Source: Thecamonas trahens ATCC 50062
Lineage: Eukaryota > Protista > Apusomonadida
Direction of reading: 5' to 3'
NCBI RefSeq assembly: GCF_000142905.1
Contig: NW_013657615.1
Span: 62,001-126,000 of the forward strand
DNA length: 64,000 bases
The notes below the pieces were generated by a model. The model was not told the DNA's origin. It searched no databases and was given only the letters and a program-made list of their open reading frames with translations. The translations under genes and the position numbers were made by a program. This document shows, piece by piece, positions 57,979 through 64,000 of this stretch (positions within the stretch are counted from its first letter, which is position 1; each line of letters begins with the position of its first letter).

Positions 57979-59973
57979 ATGTCTGACCAGATTGCCCTTG
58001 CAACGGTCACGGCGCAGACAGCGACCGACCTGGCGTCCCTGGCACGGCTGGCGGCCCGGCGGGAGCATGAGGCTGCCGGAGCCCGTGCTCGGGCAGAGCG
58101 ACGGAGGGCGGCGGAGGAGCGGAGGGAGGCGGCGGCAGCCGAGGAGCGACAGGCGCTGGCTCGACGGGCTCGACAGAGGGCAGCGCATGTCGACGCAGTG
58201 GCGAGGCGGCGGGCTGTGTATGGTCTGGCCAGGCGGGAGGCGGTGGCAGAGGCAGAAGCCGATGCGGCTCTGGCGGCCGAGCGGAGGGCTCGCAAGGCGG
58301 CGAGGGCCAAGAGGAAGCGCCTGGCCAAGATCCAGGTGGCAGAGGAGAAGGCGGCCGAGAGAGCAAGCTCGCTGAGGGCTGCCCGTGAACGGCAGCGTGC
58401 CATCGATGCCCGGCTTGGTGCTGTTGCTGCTTCCGTCGCTGTTTTGCCTTCGGAGGAGGACGTCGCCAGAGATCGCTTTCACGCTGCTCTCAAGGCTGAG
58501 CTCGCCAGCTTTCGCGAGGCCAAACGGAAGCTCCACGCCAAGGTCCGCCATGGTCGGCTGGAGGACTGGGATGGTGCGGCTTTTGATGATGCTCTGCGCA
58601 AGCTCGAGCGGAGCCATGTCCGCCGTCTTAAGGTTCTCAAGCGGGCGCGTGAGATCGAGATGGCGAACGACGGCGTGGCGCGGCCCAAGCGCAAGCCGCA
58701 TGTGCCCAAGCCTTCTCTACCGGCGCCGGTAGTGCGGCGGGTGGTTGGCGAGGAGGAGACCCAGGCTGATGCTGTTGCAGCCGGCGACGACGAGCAGCAG
58801 GCATGGGCCGACGTCTGTCTCTACCACCGCTTCCCTGCGGCGACCTCGGAGCTTGTGATGACGATGGAGAAGCCAGGCGATGTTGCAGTGGTGACTCACG
58901 ACTTTATCGCCGAGTACGCGGCGCAACTGACGGTACATGAGGGCGACCACGTCCTTCTCGCGTGCGAGGGCGTGCCCGACACTGCCTGGGTCTACGTCGA
59001 TCCTATTTCGTCGTCGGAGCTCCTCGCTGGCGGCTACGTGCCGGGGTCGCGGCTCCGGGTCCTCTCGCAGTTCCGCTCGCAGGAGGTCAAGTCGCAGTCG
59101 GGCGCACTTGGCACGCTCAAGGCGAGGCTCGAGCACGCCGCATCGCCCGACGGCATTGTTGCTCGCAAGGCTGCGGTGGACAAGTGGAAGCGCTGGGATC
59201 GGCGGCTGAACGGGCACGAGTCGGAGTCGGTCTCCGAGTCGGGCGCGTCGTCTGAGACCGGCTCGGGGCCGACGCTGGACGAGAGTGGTGACGGCGTGAT
59301 TGGCGGCGGCAGTAGTCACCACAGCGTCTGCAGTGGCTGCGGTATGTTGGACGGTGACGGCGACGACGACGGCCTGATCCTCGACAACGACGACGGCCTG
59401 ATCCTCGACGACGACGATGGCCTGATCCTCGACGACGACGATGGCCTGATCCTCGACGACGACGACGGCATTCTTCTCGACGACGACGACGGTATTCTTC
59501 TCGACGACGACGACGGCATACTTCTCGACGACGACGACGGCATACTTCTCGACGACGAGGGTAGTCTTCTCGATGGCGAGGGTGTTCTTCTCGATGGCGA
59601 CAACAACGGGGCGGAAGATGGGGCGGACGATGGTGACAGTCAACCCGCCGACATCCCACCTGCCACAGCCGAGCCCAACCCCGCTCGCCCTCCTACCCCC
59701 ACCGATCTTCCTGACGGCTGGGTGGTGCACTGGGAACAGACGCGCGAGTCGTACTACTTTGAGTATGTAGCAACACGCGAGACGTGCTGGGAGCGCCCGA
59801 CCGGTCCGCCGGCGTCGGTCTCGGCCGCTGCCTCGCCGCTGGTCCCGGCCGCGCACGTCACAGCGCCACAAGTGCCCAACGGCTGGACCGCCCACTACGA
59901 CACGACGCAGGCAACGTACTTTTACCAGAACACCGCGACGGGCGAGACGACGTGGAACCTGCCGACGAGCTAG
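57979..59973 (+). CDS. Coiled-coil + SH3-like + acidic repeat + two WW domains
   Basis: Charged helical N-terminus; VVTHDFIAEYAAQLTVHEGD..W..GGYVPGSRL (SH3-like); LPDGWVVHW..YYF..ETCWERP and VPNGWTAHY..YFYQN..GETTWNLP (WW). Confidence 0.82.
   Translation: MSDQIALATVTAQTATDLASLARLAARREHEAAGARARAERRRAAEERREAAAAEERQALARRARQRAAHVDAVARRRAVYGLARREAVAEAEADAALAAERRARKAARAKRKRLAKIQVAEEKAAERASSLRAARERQRAIDARLGAVAASVAVLPSEEDVARDRFHAALKAELASFREAKRKLHAKVRHGRLEDWDGAAFDDALRKLERSHVRRLKVLKRAREIEMANDGVARPKRKPHVPKPSLPAPVVRRVVGEEETQADAVAAGDDEQQAWADVCLYHRFPAATSELVMTMEKPGDVAVVTHDFIAEYAAQLTVHEGDHVLLACEGVPDTAWVYVDPISSSELLAGGYVPGSRLRVLSQFRSQEVKSQSGALGTLKARLEHAASPDGIVARKAAVDKWKRWDRRLNGHESESVSESGASSETGSGPTLDESGDGVIGGGSSHHSVCSGCGMLDGDGDDDGLILDNDDGLILDDDDGLILDDDDGLILDDDDGILLDDDDGILLDDDDGILLDDDDGILLDDEGSLLDGEGVLLDGDNNGAEDGADDGDSQPADIPPATAEPNPARPPTPTDLPDGWVVHWEQTRESYYFEYVATRETCWERPTGPPASVSAAASPLVPAAHVTAPQVPNGWTAHYDTTQATYFYQNTATGETTWNLPTS
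59360..59600 (+). repeat. 24-bp coding tandem repeat (DDDDGLIL / DDDDGILL) ~9 copies
   Basis: GACGACGACGA(C/T)GGC(CTGATC/ATTCTT)CTC units. Confidence 0.92.
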
Positions 59974-59987
59974 ACATGTGCAGAGGA

Positions 59988-62900
59988 CTACACACGATCC
60001 ATGAGGGGTGCGACGAGCGATGGGCGGGCGAGCACAAAGGCGCGGTCGCCCGGATTGAGAACAACGGCCTCGTGCGGCGAGGTGTAGACATAGTCGTCGG
60101 GCGCATCCATGTGCCGTCCGTTGCGGTAGAGGCCGAGGGGAACGATGTGGTACTCGCAGACAAGTAGCCGCACAAGGTGGCCGTAGGTGAGACCCCAGAC
60201 CTGGACCGGGACCGAGATCTGGTAAAGAAAAGCTCGTGGAATGAGCGAGTCGCGCCCGTCATTGTCGGCAGCCTCGGCCTCGCTCGAGTCGTCATCAGAG
60301 CCGCGGCAGGCGATTGGTGGTGCGACCGGTACGTCCAGCAGCTGGCCAACCGTCATAGCGACAACGTCCGAGAAGAACGCCGCTGGGAGGATCGGGTCGA
60401 GGGTCTCGGTCGAAAAGGCCGAGCCGGCGGCAAAGGCCGGAAGTACCCGCATGCGGTTGCGGAAGGTCGACTCGAGCATGATAGGCTCCAGGAACTTGAG
60501 GTTGGTAAAGTGTGCGAGGTCGACGAGCAGCGTGCGGAGCCGCGGCATGACGTCGGCGGCGACCGCATCGAACGAGTTGACGATGGTCATGACCGAGAGC
60601 AGCGAGTCGGCGTCGACCAGTGTCGAGCCGAGGTCTGCATCCTCGTCGCCCTGGAGAAGGATGACGCACGATGCCGCCCGGATACCGGCCCGTGCCAGGT
60701 CGTTTGGCCGCGTCGGCACGCCACGGTGGAACGAGCAGTGTGCAAAGAGGCCCATCAGCGCCTCGAGCTCAGAGTCCATAGCGCCCTTGGAGAGCAGCGC
60801 TATCCGCCCAAACTCGCGCATCCCGCCCAGCCGCGCAGCCTCCTTCAGCAGCATCTTGATTTCGGAAATGCACCCGGTGACCAGCAGAGACGGAAAGAGC
60901 GCGTCGCCCGGTGGCGGGCTCTCCAGGTCGGGGGGATGCTGGAGCTTGCCCGCTTCGGTCGCGGCCTCGATCACCGCCTCGGCCACAACCTCGGACTGTA
61001 CCGCAGACTGCAGGGTCTGGATCGGCGTCGGCAATCCACCGTCGTCGTCGTTGCCTTCCGAGCTCCCGCTGGAGTGCATCAACGTAGCCGCTGCTTGCGC
61101 AATGCCAACCGTGATCGATTGATTTCGCTTGCGGAGGAAGGCCTCCCGGGTAGAGACGAGCGGCGTTGCCACGCTGGCCGTCTGCGACGCATTGAGCATC
61201 TGCACCTTGCCGTCCGAATTGAGGACCCAGTCTGCCGAGGCCGACTCACCACCGGTCGATCCGCCACGGGACTTGCCGGCACGGTCCGGCTTAACCTTGA
61301 CCTCGAGCTCGATGCCCGACTCGTCGAGGTCCGACGCAGAGGCGGTGGGTGGCACAAATGCGAGTGTCGCAATCGGATCCGGTCCGTCGACAACAACCGA
61401 GATGGCGTGGCCCGGTGAAACTTCGTTGGCTACAGCTTCTTCTTCCGACGACGACGACCACAGCAACGACGTGCCGTCGACCGACGCCGGCGACCGCGAC
61501 GGCCGGCCGTCGTCGCCGTCCTCCTCTTCCTCTTCTTGCTGCTCGTGACCAGTTGCAGGCTTGTCCTTGCTCTTGCCCTTGCTCTTGCTCTTACCCCTGG
61601 CCTTGTCCTTGGACGTGGTCGGCTTCTCGCCATCAGCGGTTGCCTTGGATGGCGTGCTCGGCTCTTCGGCCTTGCCCTTGTAGCGGCCACCATTGGCAGC
61701 AGTGTCTTGGCCGGCGGTCGACTGAGTCGACTTTGCGCTTGCTCCTGCTGCGGACTCGTCTGGCTTGGACTTTGGCGTGGCATCTGAGCCAGCGCTCGCG
61801 GGCGCGCGAGCCTTTTCATCTTGCTCGTCCTTGGCGCGCTTGCTCTCTTCCTCGTTGGCCTTGCGGGCCTGGTCGTCTCGAAAGTTGACGCCTTTGTTTG
61901 CACCACCGCGACCAGCGAGTGCGGCATCGGCAAGCGGTGAGTCTTCGTTCGATTGGGGAGAGGTGCGGCCAGGTGCCGACGGCATGGCATGCGTGTCGCG
62001 GGGGAAGAGAGGCTTGCGGCGTGTGGATCCCGGTGCCGAGACCTGTGGCGGCGGCGAGGCGCCAGTTAGCGCCGATGGCACGTAGGCAGCCGATGAGCGA
62101 GAATGTGGCGAGGCATGCGGCGAGCGGGCCATGTGGTGCGAGCGCTCCTGGACCGAGCGGACAACTCCGGCGGGCGCGCCGCGAGTGAACATGTCAATGG
62201 CGTCCTGTAGCGAAGGCCGGCGGGTGAACGGACGGACTTGTTCGGCGGCGCCGGACTCTGCGGCGTGCTTGGAGCCAAAGTCCTCGGCGAGGACAACAGC
62301 CTGCTCGCCGCCGGCAATGACGTACGAGTCGCCGGGAGCGAGGACGAGGGTGCCGTCGTCGATAACAATGCCGAGCAGGGCGACTTCGTAGGTAAAGTAC
62401 ATGGAGATAAAGGCGCGCGAGAACGACAGGTAGCGCATGGACATAGGAAGGGTGATCTCGTAGAGCTCGACGCGGGCGCCGGTGCAATACTCACGGAGCC
62501 AGAGCGGCTCCGACGAGGCGTTGTCAGCAAAGGCATCGGACGAGCGCAGGATGTTGGAAAGGAGCGCCGGCACGCCCGGCGCGCGGTAGCCCTGCAGCAG
62601 GCACTTGAACTTGAGTTCGCGCGGGCACAGGGTGTAGTCTGCGGCACCAGACTCTTGCAGAGCGGCGTTAGCGGTCGAAACGAGCTGGGTGAGGACCCGA
62701 ACATCGCGGGTCTTGTTGTTGTAGCTCTTGAGCGAGATGGACGAGAGGATGGCTTGCTTGTCGGCCTGCTTGCGGTCCTCAATGCCAAGCGCCGAGTAGT
62801 GGGACGAGAGGACAAAGCAGGCTTCGGTGTCCTCAAGAGCAGCGCGGCCGAGGTCTTGGTCGTGGAGGACCGAGCCCTTGAGAAAGGTGACCCGACCCTC

Positions 62901-63977
62901 GACGGCCTCGGACTTGATGAGGTTGTACGTCTCGGCCGACGGCTCCTCTGGGTGAAGGAGGATGACGTCGATGTCGTCGTTCTCTGGGTGATCGTCGCAG
63001 AAGAGCTCCGAGAGCAGATCCTGCAGCTGGGCGGTTGTGTAGGTGCCGGTGACGAGGATATGGCGCTTGTAGCGGCCCGAGTACGCCCGGTCGTGAGCCT
63101 TGAACTTGGTAAAGACGGCAACGAGGTTGGAGAGCTGGAGCGGGACGAGGATGACGGTGATGAAGATGAGACCGATGGTGACAAAGCGGCCGAGCGGTGT
63201 CTCGGGCGTGACGTCGCCAAAGCCGACGGTGGAAAAGGTGACGACGACAAAGTACAGCGCATCATGCCAGGCGATGACCGGCGAGGTGCCGGCAAAGCCT
63301 GGATCGTTGAACAGCTGCAGAAGCGACGCCGAGCAGTAGAGGAGCGAGACAAGGGTGAAGAGGAGGACCACTAGCTCGCGCTTGCGCTCGTCGATGGTGA
63401 CCGAGAACAGCCGATAGGTGCGGAGAATGCGAAAGACACGGAGGATGCGGACAATGCGAAGGAAGCCTAAGTCAACTTGGTTGACAAGCACGAGCTGGAC
63501 GACGACAGGGAGAATGGTGATCAGGTCGACAATGCTCATGGGCGAGACCAGAAACTTGAGCCGCGACTTTGAGGCGATAAAGTGAATAACAAAGTCGACA
63601 GCAAAGGCGGCGGCGAGGAAGATTTCGATGACGAGAAAGCCAAGAGGTATGCGGTTGCGGCCACCGTCGGTGTAGTAGCTCTCGACTACATAGAGAATGG
63701 CGGCAATGATGGAGAGGAGAACCTGGACGGTGTCCATGGCGTGACCCAGCGTTGACTTGCGGAGCCAGTGGGCGAGGTTGTCACGCAGCGTGAGCGACGA
63801 CCGGTACGACCGGCGGGCGACAGGCGTGTAGTGCTCGGGCGGTGGGGTAGGCGGGACAGCCGGTGAGGCGAGGACATCCTCGATGAACATCATCCGAGCT
63901 TGCTCGCCAAAGTGCTGCAGGCCGGGCGCCGGTGCCGGCGCCGGGGTGTACGAATCCTCAGAGTCACCGGTAGACAT
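59988..63977 (-). CDS. Slo/BK-family potassium channel (6TM + RCK1 + RCK2)
   Basis: S1-S6; S4 GFLRIVRILRVFRILRTYR; pore YFVVVTFSTVGFGDVTP; RCK1 RHILVTG..FLKGSVLHDQDLGRA; RCK2 HRGVPTRPNDLARAGI..PAFAAGSAF..PLGLYR..YVYTSP..LNPGDRAFVL. Confidence 0.93.
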   Translation of the reverse strand: MSTGDSEDSYTPAPAPAPGLQHFGEQARMMFIEDVLASPAVPPTPPPEHYTPVARRSYRSSLTLRDNLAHWLRKSTLGHAMDTVQVLLSIIAAILYVVESYYTDGGRNRIPLGFLVIEIFLAAAFAVDFVIHFIASKSRLKFLVSPMSIVDLITILPVVVQLVLVNQVDLGFLRIVRILRVFRILRTYRLFSVTIDERKRELVVLLFTLVSLLYCSASLLQLFNDPGFAGTSPVIAWHDALYFVVVTFSTVGFGDVTPETPLGRFVTIGLIFITVILVPLQLSNLVAVFTKFKAHDRAYSGRYKRHILVTGTYTTAQLQDLLSELFCDDHPENDDIDVILLHPEEPSAETYNLIKSEAVEGRVTFLKGSVLHDQDLGRAALEDTEACFVLSSHYSALGIEDRKQADKQAILSSISLKSYNNKTRDVRVLTQLVSTANAALQESGAADYTLCPRELKFKCLLQGYRAPGVPALLSNILRSSDAFADNASSEPLWLREYCTGARVELYEITLPMSMRYLSFSRAFISMYFTYEVALLGIVIDDGTLVLAPGDSYVIAGGEQAVVLAEDFGSKHAAESGAAEQVRPFTRRPSLQDAIDMFTRGAPAGVVRSVQERSHHMARSPHASPHSRSSAAYVPSALTGASPPPQVSAPGSTRRKPLFPRDTHAMPSAPGRTSPQSNEDSPLADAALAGRGGANKGVNFRDDQARKANEEESKRAKDEQDEKARAPASAGSDATPKSKPDESAAGASAKSTQSTAGQDTAANGGRYKGKAEEPSTPSKATADGEKPTTSKDKARGKSKSKGKSKDKPATGHEQQEEEEEDGDDGRPSRSPASVDGTSLLWSSSSEEEAVANEVSPGHAISVVVDGPDPIATLAFVPPTASASDLDESGIELEVKVKPDRAGKSRGGSTGGESASADWVLNSDGKVQMLNASQTASVATPLVSTREAFLRKRNQSITVGIAQAAATLMHSSGSSEGNDDDGGLPTPIQTLQSAVQSEVVAEAVIEAATEAGKLQHPPDLESPPPGDALFPSLLVTGCISEIKMLLKEAARLGGMREFGRIALLSKGAMDSELEALMGLFAHCSFHRGVPTRPNDLARAGIRAASCVILLQGDEDADLGSTLVDADSLLSVMTIVNSFDAVAADVMPRLRTLLVDLAHFTNLKFLEPIMLESTFRNRMRVLPAFAAGSAFSTETLDPILPAAFFSDVVAMTVGQLLDVPVAPPIACRGSDDDSSEAEAADNDGRDSLIPRAFLYQISVPVQVWGLTYGHLVRLLVCEYHIVPLGLYRNGRHMDAPDDYVYTSPHEAVVLNPGDRAFVLARPSLVAPLMDRV

Positions 63978-64000
63978 GACGTCAGAGGTGTCGCTCCCGT

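Noticed and set aside
1-64000. tRNA/rRNA genes, transposons, telomeric repeats
   Set aside because: None recognisable by eye; tRNAscan-SE, Infernal and RepeatModeler were not run.

Overview
Gene-dense, GC-rich, intron-poor eukaryotic DNA from a flagellated unicellular protist. The evidence is GT-AG introns, the dynein-regulatory-complex genes DRC3 and DRC5, SFI1, SNF5 and RasGEF; an apusomonad such as Thecamonas is my inference. It is a draft assembly with four N-gaps and probable homopolymer indels. About 21 protein genes, in order: an NRPS-like A-T-R enzyme closely resembling fungal glycine-betaine reductase ATRR (truncated by the left edge and absent from the ORF track), a bacterial-type membrane-anchored Zn metalloprotease with an extensin-like stalk, a SNF5-HMG-(winged helix)-GATA chromatin protein, a phosphoesterase/non-specific PLC, a Cys-less thioredoxin fold, a ~3,700-aa LRR plus modular coiled-coil protein split by a -1 frameshift, an XLF/NHEJ1 homologue, two or three hypotheticals, the RNR large subunit, a multi-pass membrane RasGEF, a prolyl 4-hydroxylase, DRC3, glutathione reductase, DRC5/TCTE1, a type I membrane protein, cyclophilin B, a very long SFI1, a folate-receptor-like protein, an SH3/WW protein and a Slo/BK-type K+ channel. 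The best novelty candidate is the RasGEF, whose membrane module resembles the voltage-sensor-like anchor of alveolate ion-channel adenylyl cyclases. Other strong candidates are the ATRR-like enzyme outside fungi, the SNF5 fusion and the frameshifted giant protein. Non-coding patterns include strand-polarised poly-C tracts upstream of most start codons, CpG-poor gene 5' ends, and tightly abutting convergent genes with a palindromic TTTAAGGTTAAA motif. All family calls come from motif recognition by eye; no database search was run.
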